In this document: one piece after another, positions 19,154 to 26,927 of the stretch
Position numbering within the stretch: position 1 is the first letter of the stretch
How the letters are laid out: the number at the start of each line of letters is the position of its first letter
NCBI GenBank assembly: GCA_903874955.1
Contig: CAIQTY010000025.1
Coordinates: 8,034 to 72,033 of the forward strand
Length of the DNA: 64,000 nucleotides
Direction of reading: 5' to 3'
From: an uncultured Alphaproteobacteria bacterium
GTDB lineage: Bacteria; Pseudomonadota; Alphaproteobacteria; Paracaedibacterales; CAITNM01
Program-made: the position numbers and the translations under genes
Notes under the pieces: model-generated
Databases searched by the model: none
What the model was told of the DNA's origin: nothing
The model's input: only the letters and a program-made list of their open reading frames with translations

Positions 19154-20548
19154 ATGGACGACATATTAAAATTTCTTCTGGAGAGTTTAAATCTAGGAAA
19201 CTTACTATCTTACCCACACAGTACGGTTAATGTTTCACCAATTATTAACAGTAAGTTTCGTGCTGATGAAGCGAGCACTTCTGTATGTGCAGCCGTTGGT
19301 TTAGTTACTTCACACCTTTGGGAAATTCTTTCTGGCCAAAGACAGTCTATTGAGGTCGATCATACTCGAGCCGCATTAACCTTGGTTAGTTTTATGATAC
19401 AAAAACAAAATGGCTACCCACTCGCTTACCCAGATACCCACAGAACATGGCCCAAATATCCAATAATGGATTCATACCAAACAAAAGATGGTCGTTATAT
19501 ATATATTGATGGAGTTTACCCTCATTTAAGAGACGGTTTACTCGATATCCTTGACTGTCCAAATAATGCCATGGCTTTGTCTGCTGCAATACAAAAGCGT
19601 AATTCTTTTGAACTAGAAGAAGAAATAAATCGAAACGAAATGTGCGGCTGTGTTGTAAGGACTGCCGAGGAATGGAACAATAGTCCACAAGGAAAATTGC
19701 TCAGTGTAATGCCGCCAGTTAAAATTACAAAAGTAGCAGACGGGAAACCCTATATCCCGGCTAGAGGCTCTCATCCCTTATCAAACATTAGAGTACTCGA
19801 TTTTACCCATGTCTTAGCTGGCCCAATGTCAACGCGAGCTCTCGCTAGTCAAGGAGCGGAAGTTCTTCATATTTCCGGACCTAACGTTTTTGAACTATTT
19901 CCATTTTTTATAGACACTGGACATGGAAAGAGAAATGCCACGCTTGATTTAAATAATCAAAATGACAAAGAGAAGTTAAAACAGCTTCTAAAGAAAACGG
20001 ATATTTTCGTCCAAGGTTACCACCCAGGAAAATTCGAAAAATTTGGTCTATCTCCAAACGAAGTATTTAAAATGAAAGAAAATATTATCTACACAACTTT
20101 AAGCTGCTATGGAGTCGAAGGGCCCATGGGATCATGGGGAGGATTCGAACAACTCGGTCAAGCAGCAAGTGGTTTGATGACTGCACACTCAGAGGGTTTA
20201 GAAAAGCCTGAAATCCTTCCTGCCGCTATATGCGACTATCTTACAGGTTATCTAGCAACCTTAGGGATGACTGCAGCTCTTTGCAGAAGAGCCATAGAAG
20301 GTGGTAGTTATCATGTTGAGGTGTCTCTCACAAGAACTGCAATGTGGCTATTATCATTAGGTTTACGCAAAGATGCTCATATTCCGGGTCAATTTCCAAC
20401 AACTCTTCAAGATCACCTTATGGATGACGAAACCTGCTTTGGCACAATTACACACTTAAAGCCAGTTGTGAAATATTCACAAACACCTAGCCATTTTAAA
20501 TATCCTGTTTCGGCTTGGGGATCATCAAAACCAAACTGGAATGACTAA
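19154..20548 (+). CDS. CoA-transferase family III (CaiB/BaiF-like) protein with a ~200-aa N-terminal extension
   Basis: The family III N-terminal signature IRVLDFTHVLAGPMSTRALASQGAEVLHI appears only at about aa 205. Downstream are FVQGYHPGKFEKFGL and the GGFEQLGQAASG region. Length is 464 aa versus the ~400 aa usual for the family. Confidence 0.75.
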   Translation: MDDILKFLLESLNLGNLLSYPHSTVNVSPIINSKFRADEASTSVCAAVGLVTSHLWEILSGQRQSIEVDHTRAALTLVSFMIQKQNGYPLAYPDTHRTWPKYPIMDSYQTKDGRYIYIDGVYPHLRDGLLDILDCPNNAMALSAAIQKRNSFELEEEINRNEMCGCVVRTAEEWNNSPQGKLLSVMPPVKITKVADGKPYIPARGSHPLSNIRVLDFTHVLAGPMSTRALASQGAEVLHISGPNVFELFPFFIDTGHGKRNATLDLNNQNDKEKLKQLLKKTDIFVQGYHPGKFEKFGLSPNEVFKMKENIIYTTLSCYGVEGPMGSWGGFEQLGQAASGLMTAHSEGLEKPEILPAAICDYLTGYLATLGMTAALCRRAIEGGSYHVEVSLTRTAMWLLSLGLRKDAHIPGQFPTTLQDHLMDDETCFGTITHLKPVVKYSQTPSHFKYPVSAWGSSKPNWND

Positions 20549-20553
20549 CTTTC

Positions 20554-21939
20554 CTAATAATGAATCACCCTCCCGTAAGCGTCGAGGGTTGATTCATGCA
20601 TCATTTCAGAAAGGGTCGGATGAGGGAAAATCGTATGCATCAATTCTGCCTCGGTAGTTTCTAAAGTTTTACCAATAGCAAAACCTTGAATTAATTCGGT
20701 GACTTCTGCCCCAATCATATGTGCACCAAGGAGCTCGCCAGTTTTTGCATCAAAGATAGTCTTAACAAGCCCATCAGGCTCCCCAAGAGCAATAGCTTTA
20801 CCATTTCCTCGATAGGGAAACCTGCCAACTTTTAAAGTATGCCCTGCAGCCTTTGCCTTTTCTTCGGTAAGACCAATACTCGCAATCTGCGGATGGCTAT
20901 AGGTGCATCCTGGAATATTTGTACTTTTTACAGGATGTAATCCTTTTATTCCGGCTATGTGCTCAACGGCAAGAATACCCTCGTGGCTAGCCTTGTGAGC
21001 AAGCCATGGAGCACCTGCAACATCGCCAATTGCGTAAATACCTTTTTCAGCCGTTTCGCACCATTCATTGACCAAAATTTGGCCCTTTTCTACCTTAACC
21101 TTAGTTTTTTCAAGACCAAGATTTTCCGTATTACCTGAAATACCAATTGCGACAATAACTGCATCAACTTTTAGTTTTTCTATATCTTTACCGTCTTTTG
21201 AAACAATAACCTCAACAAAATCTTTTGCGGGAGAAAGCTTGCTTGTCGCCCCCAGGTGGAATTTTATTGATTGTTTTTCAAATTGTTTCTGAGCAAGTTC
21301 TGAAATTTCAGCATCTTCATTTGGTAAAATTCGCGTTTGCATTTCAACAATGGTCACTTCGCAGCCGAGAGTTCTATAAAAACTTGCAAATTCAATACCA
21401 ATGGCACCTGAACCAATAACCACTAATGACTTGGGCATAAATTCCGGCGTCATTGCCTGTTTAGCGGTCCATATACGTGGATGAGCCTCAACCCCTGGAA
21501 GCATGCGTGCTTTTGCTCCAGTTGCAATGATTGTATTTTGGGCCTGTATCGTTTCGGATTTTTCCCCTGTGATCTCTATATGATTTGGCCTTTCAAAACT
21601 AGCGGAACCATTAAAAACTGTTACTTTGTTTTTTGCCAAAAGTCCTTTGATTCCCGATGATAGCTGGCCTGCAATTTTCCGAGAGCGCTCAACCATTTTA
21701 TTAAGATTAGGGTTGACTTGTTCAACTTCAATGCCGAATTCATCAGCTTTATTAATCAAATGAAGCACTTCCGCAGAGCGAAGTAAGGCTTTGGTTGGAA
21801 TACATCCCCAATTCAAACAAACACCACCGAGATGTTCTTTTTCAATAATAGCTACTTTTTTACCAAGTTGGCTGGCTCTAATCGCAGCAACATAACCACC
21901 TGGGCCAGCCCCAATGACAACAACATCAAAATTCAGCAT
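20554..21939 (-). CDS. lpdA: Dihydrolipoyl dehydrogenase (E3)
   Basis: 461 aa with FAD motif VIGAGPGGYVAA, redox disulfide GGVCLNWGCIPTK, NAD motif VIGSGAIGIEFA and C-terminal HPTLSE. No E1/E2 genes are adjacent. Confidence 0.95.
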   Translation of the reverse strand: MLNFDVVVIGAGPGGYVAAIRASQLGKKVAIIEKEHLGGVCLNWGCIPTKALLRSAEVLHLINKADEFGIEVEQVNPNLNKMVERSRKIAGQLSSGIKGLLAKNKVTVFNGSASFERPNHIEITGEKSETIQAQNTIIATGAKARMLPGVEAHPRIWTAKQAMTPEFMPKSLVVIGSGAIGIEFASFYRTLGCEVTIVEMQTRILPNEDAEISELAQKQFEKQSIKFHLGATSKLSPAKDFVEVIVSKDGKDIEKLKVDAVIVAIGISGNTENLGLEKTKVKVEKGQILVNEWCETAEKGIYAIGDVAGAPWLAHKASHEGILAVEHIAGIKGLHPVKSTNIPGCTYSHPQIASIGLTEEKAKAAGHTLKVGRFPYRGNGKAIALGEPDGLVKTIFDAKTGELLGAHMIGAEVTELIQGFAIGKTLETTEAELMHTIFPHPTLSEMMHESTLDAYGRVIHY

Positions 21940-22053
21940 GATTTTTCCTTATGGATTTTACATTTTTTTAGGATAACGTAAGTTAACCTCTGATGCTATT
22001 TTCTTTTTTTTATGCCATAATTACTTGGAATCAGTTTGAACTAGCTAAACTAA

Positions 22054-22308
22054 ATGGCAGAAATAGTAATATACACAACAAATTATTGCCCATATTGCGT
22101 TAAAGCAAAACAATTATTGCTTAGCAAATCAGTTGAATTTGAAGAAATTGATCTCACTAACGATGATGCAGGGCGACTAAAATTAGTTGAGATGTCCGGA
22201 GGGCGTAAAACTGTTCCTCAAGTTTTTATTAATGAGAAGCACATAGGTGGATTTGATGATTTACATGAGCTTGATTTAAAGGGAGAGCTTGATTCTTTGT
22301 TAGCATGA
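22054..22308 (+). CDS. grxC: Glutaredoxin 3
   Basis: 84 aa with active site YCPYC and the TVPQVFI..KHIGGFDDL motif. Confidence 0.9.
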   Translation: MAEIVIYTTNYCPYCVKAKQLLLSKSVEFEEIDLTNDDAGRLKLVEMSGGRKTVPQVFINEKHIGGFDDLHELDLKGELDSLLA

Positions 22309-23579
22309 GTCTATTTAAACCAAAATCTCAGAATATTCCCTCAGAAACATTTGCTGCCCTTGATATTGGATCAAGTAAGGTATGTTGCGCCATTGCAAAA
22401 ATGAATCGGGAAATAAATTCCGACAAAACCATGAATATCAAAATTTTAGGGGTATCTTCCCATGTAGCGAAGGGAATTCGAGGGGCTTCAATAATTAATT
22501 TAGAAGACCTCGAAGATTCAATCCTAAATGGAATTCATACGGCCGAACAACTTGCAAAACAAAACATTCAAAGTGTGTACGTAAATCTTCCAGCAGAAGC
22601 ACTACAGTCCCATTACATTACAACAAAAATTTCGCTTCATGGCCAACCTGTTAAAGAACATCATCTTCAAAAAGCTTTGGACGTGAGCCGTGACCAGAGC
22701 ATTGGCGTTGGACGGCGAGTTATTCATATATTCCCTCTAAGTTATGACCTTGATGATAGCACCAATATACATGATCCAAAGGGAATGCTAGGCGATACGT
22801 TAACGACGTGTTTGCATGTCATTAGCGCCCCTGTTCACCTGATTGCAAATTTAAGCGCTTGTATTGGTCGTTGTCATTTAGATGTTAATGCATTCGTAGC
22901 CGGTCCATATGCCACGGCACTTTCTTGCCTGGTTGATGATGAGAAGGAGATGGGTGTAACCCTAATTGATATAGGCAGCAATAGTATTTCCATGATGAGT
23001 TTTTATAATGGTAGCCCTGTATATATGGGCTGCATTCCAGTTGGAGGGAATCACATTACCCACGATATTGCACAAGGATTAAACACAAACATTAGCCAAG
23101 CAGAACGCCTTAAAACGCTGTATGGAACCTTATTAGGTGCTCTTGATGATCGAGAAACAATCTTAGTAACGCAGCTTGGAGAAGACAATACAACTTTTGC
23201 AAACCCTGTTTCAAAAAGTTTTTTGATGCATATTATTAAAGCTCGGGCGGAAGAAATTATCGAAGCTATTGAAAAAGCCCTACGATCACAACGCATTGAA
23301 CCAATTGCCCTTCAGCGCTTCGTGATCACTGGGGGATCGAGTCAACTGCAAGGATTCCGGGAAGCAATTCAGGCCCATTTTAATAGAGTTGTAAGGGTCG
23401 CAACACCTCAAGGGTTGCAGGGCATCGGTGATGTCGTGCACACACCGACTTTCTCGCTTTGCGCAGGACTTTTACACTATGCCATGCGCGATCATCAAGG
23501 ATTACAGCTCAATCGCGCGCTAGAAAAGCCGAAGGGACTTGTAGGACGAACCTGGGGATGGATTCGCCAACACGTATGA
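22305..23579 (+). CDS. ftsA: Cell division protein FtsA
   Basis: 424 aa actin-like ATPase (AALDIGSSKVCCAI, TLIDIGSNSISM, VITGGSSQLQGF) with a C-terminal amphipathic tail GLVGRTWGWIRQHV. ATGA overlap with grxC. Confidence 0.9.
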   Translation: MSLFKPKSQNIPSETFAALDIGSSKVCCAIAKMNREINSDKTMNIKILGVSSHVAKGIRGASIINLEDLEDSILNGIHTAEQLAKQNIQSVYVNLPAEALQSHYITTKISLHGQPVKEHHLQKALDVSRDQSIGVGRRVIHIFPLSYDLDDSTNIHDPKGMLGDTLTTCLHVISAPVHLIANLSACIGRCHLDVNAFVAGPYATALSCLVDDEKEMGVTLIDIGSNSISMMSFYNGSPVYMGCIPVGGNHITHDIAQGLNTNISQAERLKTLYGTLLGALDDRETILVTQLGEDNTTFANPVSKSFLMHIIKARAEEIIEAIEKALRSQRIEPIALQRFVITGGSSQLQGFREAIQAHFNRVVRVATPQGLQGIGDVVHTPTFSLCAGLLHYAMRDHQGLQLNRALEKPKGLVGRTWGWIRQHV

Positions 23580-23734
23580 AAATCGTAAAAGAAGAAAAGT
23601 CAGAAAAACAAAAACGCCTTGAAAAGGCATTGCGTGAGAATTTGCGCAAGCGCAAATCGCAGCAACGTGACAGGGAAAGTAAAGAAAACGATCCCAAACC
23701 TTCAGAACAAAATCATCCAATTTTAAAAAATTAA
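23576..23734 (+). CDS. Small basic protein (52 aa) with an LRENLRKRK motif
   Basis: ATG at 23576 forms an ATGA overlap with the ftsA stop. The product is MKIVKEEKSEKQKRLEKALRENLRKRKSQQRDRE... It resembles small Lys/Arg-rich proteins I recall from alphaproteobacteria (..AALRENL.RRK.Q..). The track's 91-aa version would overlap ftsA by 120 nt. Confidence 0.45.
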   Translation: MKIVKEEKSEKQKRLEKALRENLRKRKSQQRDRESKENDPKPSEQNHPILKN

Positions 23735-23745
23735 CACAGAAAAAC

Positions 23746-24573
23746 TTACCACCAATGATGGTGATGGTGACGATGTCCCCAACCGCCCCCGATCCATACC
23801 CCCCCAACAACAGGAGGACCGTAATAGGGCGCTCCGTAGACAACCGGCGGTGATTGCTGATAAATCACCGTTGGTGGTAGGGGTGGCGCTCCTGGCTGCA
23901 CGATTGACGTTGAAGGTTGTTGTTGAGCAAAAGTTGACGATGGCTGAGAAGATGGCGCAGCTTTGTTTGGTGAAGATTTACTTTTTTTATTAGGATTTTT
24001 ATTACCGCCTTTAATTCTATTGAGAAATTCTTCCAAAAATTTACCAATTTCGGTTGATGAATCTTTAACTGTAATATCAACTGTAACTTTTATGGATTTA
24101 TTTTTCTCTTTATCTCCAGGCCACCGGTAGGTGTACTCAAAAGCATTAGCTTTCCATTTCCCTTTTTCTAGTAATAGCTTTTTTTCATCTTTAAAAAATT
24201 CCATTTCATCATCAGTTGCTTTTTCCTTAGCAAGGTTTTCTCCTTCAACATCGTTCGCCCAAAGCAGTGCGATATGCTTTTCGTCTTCCTTTCTCTGGTC
24301 TTTTGTAAGCTTAATTTTAACTGATGTGTGCTCACCATCGTAGGATAGGTCTTCATTATTAACGAGCTTAATAACCTCATCTTTACCCAATTCATAGCCC
24401 GGGCAGAGCACCCAGTTAATGATGGTTTCATCAGGCAGACTTTTTATTTTATCAAGGTCGTAACCTTCAACTTTTTTTTCAGTGGCTTCATGAGCCTCTT
24501 CTCTTAGCATTGGATCATCAGCAATAGCGTAGCTAGAAAATCCAACAAAAAGTAAGCAAATCAATAGTTTCAT
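23746..24573 (-). CDS. Secreted hypothetical protein with a Pro/Gly/Tyr-rich C-terminus ending GHRHHHHHWW
   Basis: Start taken at MKLLICLLFVGFSSYAIA (signal-like); the track ORF starts 15 nt upstream. A charged Lys/Glu-rich central domain is followed by SSQPSS...PPLPPTVIYQQSPPVVYGAPYYGPPVVGGVWIGGGWGHRHHHHHWW. Confidence 0.6.
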   Translation of the reverse strand: MKLLICLLFVGFSSYAIADDPMLREEAHEATEKKVEGYDLDKIKSLPDETIINWVLCPGYELGKDEVIKLVNNEDLSYDGEHTSVKIKLTKDQRKEDEKHIALLWANDVEGENLAKEKATDDEMEFFKDEKKLLLEKGKWKANAFEYTYRWPGDKEKNKSIKVTVDITVKDSSTEIGKFLEEFLNRIKGGNKNPNKKSKSSPNKAAPSSQPSSTFAQQQPSTSIVQPGAPPLPPTVIYQQSPPVVYGAPYYGPPVVGGVWIGGGWGHRHHHHHWW

Positions 24574-24631
24574 GAGATGCCATAACATTTTATCTAGGAA
24601 TTTAGTTTACAAAAAACTTACTAAAAATTAA

Positions 24632-25021
24632 TTAATACAGAAATTTTAGAAGGCACATACTAAGGAATCCTATAGCCCAAGCACTTATAAAGGGCAGATT
24701 TTGGTTGGCAGTGTATTTGTAAAAAGCAAGAAGAGCTGCCGCTGTAATAAGGCAATAAAGAGGTAAAAATTCAACAGAAAAATGCCCCGCACCTATGCTG
24801 AATAATGCAATATCAATAAGCTGAATGCTGTTTTTACGAAAATACTTGTATATGTATAAAACACTAAAAATAAAAAAACTTATCAACCCAAAACGCAGCC
24901 CTAAGCCTAAAATTACTAGCGTGCATAGAGATAAGACTAGGCTTACACACCTCGTGTGCCAGTCTTGCCAGGCTAAAACAAGTATTAAAGAAATTAGTGG
25001 AATAAAAATATAGTGTTCCAA
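24632..25021 (-). CDS. Small polytopic membrane protein (4 predicted TM), function unknown
   Basis: 129 aa, very hydrophobic, overlapping the upstream YdjM-like gene by 28 nt. The weak A24 prepilin-peptidase resemblance is not supportable (see rejected list). Confidence 0.45.
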   Translation of the reverse strand: MEHYIFIPLISLILVLAWQDWHTRCVSLVLSLCTLVILGLGLRFGLISFFIFSVLYIYKYFRKNSIQLIDIALFSIGAGHFSVEFLPLYCLITAAALLAFYKYTANQNLPFISAWAIGFLSMCLLKFLY

Positions 25022-25965
25022 AGGTCTTGAATTCTCGAAAAAGTAATTTTCACTGGAAAGCGTTCCCAGGTAATTTTTTCATTCTTGTCGATTTTCATAC
25101 CCCAATAGCCTTTGAGATTTTCATCACCTGTACCAAAACGCATGTCCGAAAATAGCAGACCATCATCTTGATCATTAGGAAGAACCCATTCGTCTGCGAA
25201 CCAATAAAAAATCTGAATTTCGCGCTTGGTTAAAGTGCTATCAGAAACGGGAGATTTTTCAAAAGTATGCCACTTAATAGGTTTAGGATTAAGCATATTA
25301 AAAAAGCCCACCCGAAATTGATTTGTCTCTTCGATTACAACGCGGCGGTAGAAAATACTAAACATTGTTGTAAAAGCTTCTGTACGCAGGGCTGGAATTT
25401 TCTCATGCTGTTTTACATAAGTGAGCGCATTATCGCGCACAGCGACCCCTAAAAATAAGTAGGCTGAAGTCAAAAGAAGCATAACTGCCGAAATTGCTTG
25501 AGAAATTCCAATCCTTTTTTTTATAAACCAACCAATTATTATGCTTATCAGTAAAGGAATAGAATATGCAGGATCAATAATTGGGACGGCACAAAAACTA
25601 AACCGATGATCAGAAAAAGGTGCTAATAATTGTGTGCCATATACAGTAAAAACATCTAGCAGTGGATGGGTTATCAACGACCAAAACCACAAACCTATCC
25701 ATGATGGCAGATGTTCTTGTTTATATAAATAATTACATAACCACCCCATAATTGGTGCAAACAGCGGAGCAAAAAACAGAGAATGGGTAAACCCCCGATG
25801 ATGCAGCATTTCTGAGCAGATATCTGTTGAAAGGCGGGCAAAAACATCAGCATCCGGAAGCATGCCGATCACGGCTCCGTAGGCAAGAGCTTTACGCCCC
25901 AATGTTTTTTGGAAACCAACTTGACCTACTGCAGCACCAAGAATTCCTTGGGTAATTAAGTCCAT
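24994..25965 (-). CDS. Membrane-bound metal-dependent hydrolase, YdjM/YbcI (DUF457) family, with a C-terminal extension
   Basis: N-terminus MDLITQGILGAAVGQ, then LPDADV and HRGFTHSLFF, which are the family motifs as I recall them. Length is 323 aa versus ~190 aa typical. Confidence 0.65.
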   Translation of the reverse strand: MDLITQGILGAAVGQVGFQKTLGRKALAYGAVIGMLPDADVFARLSTDICSEMLHHRGFTHSLFFAPLFAPIMGWLCNYLYKQEHLPSWIGLWFWSLITHPLLDVFTVYGTQLLAPFSDHRFSFCAVPIIDPAYSIPLLISIIIGWFIKKRIGISQAISAVMLLLTSAYLFLGVAVRDNALTYVKQHEKIPALRTEAFTTMFSIFYRRVVIEETNQFRVGFFNMLNPKPIKWHTFEKSPVSDSTLTKREIQIFYWFADEWVLPNDQDDGLLFSDMRFGTGDENLKGYWGMKIDKNEKITWERFPVKITFSRIQDLWNTIFLFH

Positions 25966-26243
25966 TATTCTTGGTTCCTTTTTGCACGAAGCGCATTCAA
26001 CATGTCACTCAACCTTCCGCTTAGTTGGTCTTTTATATTGCGTTTTTCCTCATCAGAAAAATCTGACCAATGTTGTATTTCGTCTCTGCTTCTTCCACAG
26101 CCAATGCAAATACCAGTTGTATGGAGAGTACAAATTCTCACGCAAGGGGATGTTTCTATGATAGTACTCCTCTTTCGTAAAGGATTTTTACAATTCTTTG
26201 ATGAATTTCTTCGGGATGAGAATTTGCATCTATAACCACGCAC
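25965..26243 (-). CDS. DUF1289 (YdhL-like) Cys-rich small protein; start uncertain
   Basis: Core SPCVRICTLHTTGICIGCGRSRDEIQHWSDFSDEEK matches the DUF1289 pattern (C..C...C.GC.R...E...W). The only canonical start (GTG 26243) overlaps tmk by 88 nt. A strong SD (AAGAGGAG, 26174-26167) lies 4-7 nt before ATC/ATA at 26162/26159. Confidence 0.65.
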   Translation of the reverse strand: MRGYRCKFSSRRNSSKNCKNPLRKRSTIIETSPCVRICTLHTTGICIGCGRSRDEIQHWSDFSDEEKRNIKDQLSGRLSDMLNALRAKRNQE

Positions 26244-26788
26244 CTAGAGGAATCTTCTTTGGCAATTTCTAGGAATCCATCCCTAATTCTTTGATGAAAA
26301 TCTATATCCATGGCCTCGAAACGTCCTTCAACTATAGTTTCACCTTCCATGCGAGCATTTGCTCGTTTTAAACCTTCTTTCACATCAAGATCAAACACAA
26401 AAGTTAGGTCTGGTTTTGTAGTGCCGACGATATTTTGGTAAAGAAGCTCCAGGAATTCTTTATTGACCCCCCTACCATATCCTTGATAGGCCACTGTTGA
26501 ATCGGCAAACCTATCACACAAAACCCAACTACCTTGTTGAAGTGCAAACTTAATTGTATTTTCCCAATGATCGGCTCTTGCAGCGTACATCAGCAAAACT
26601 TCGCTCATCACTGACCAACGATCAACCGATCCTGTTACAAGCAAATTTCTAATAATTTCAGCACCGGGGCTTCCACCAGGTTCCCTTGTAAGCACTGCAT
26701 TAATACTCTGTTTTTTTAACCATTCAGCCAATATTAAAGCTTGTGTGCTTTTTCCGGTACCTTCACCGCCTTCAAAAGTAATAAACAT
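26156..26788 (-). CDS. tmk: Thymidylate kinase
   Basis: 210 aa with P-loop FITFEGGEGTGKST, the TREPGG motif and DRF..S..AYQG. Confidence 0.95.
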   Translation of the reverse strand: MFITFEGGEGTGKSTQALILAEWLKKQSINAVLTREPGGSPGAEIIRNLLVTGSVDRWSVMSEVLLMYAARADHWENTIKFALQQGSWVLCDRFADSTVAYQGYGRGVNKEFLELLYQNIVGTTKPDLTFVFDLDVKEGLKRANARMEGETIVEGRFEAMDIDFHQRIRDGFLEIAKEDSSRCVVIDANSHPEEIHQRIVKILYERGVLS

Positions 26789-26927
26789 ATTCTCTCCACA
26801 AGAATTGACTGTATAGCTTTTGATTACATTTTTCTAGAATTTTTACAAGCATCAAAGATATAAATTTCGTTCATTATATATTAACAATTTTTACGTAATG
26901 TTATTTAAAAGTAGATTGGAAATTTTT

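Noticed and set aside
23459-23734. A 91-aa version of the small basic ORF, starting inside ftsA.
   Set aside because: It would overlap ftsA by 120 nt in another frame. The internal ATG at 23576 gives an ATGA stop/start coupling like many other junctions here, so I call the 52-aa form instead.
24632-25021. Possible degenerate A24 prepilin peptidase (AWQDWHTRCVS compared with DxxxxxIPN; IGAGHFSVE compared with GGGDVKL), which would pair with the solitary PilB-like ATPase.
   Set aside because: The resemblance rests on two short, poorly matching strings. The second catalytic Asp position is His and the protein is shorter than CpaA/PilD. This cannot be supported without an HMM search.
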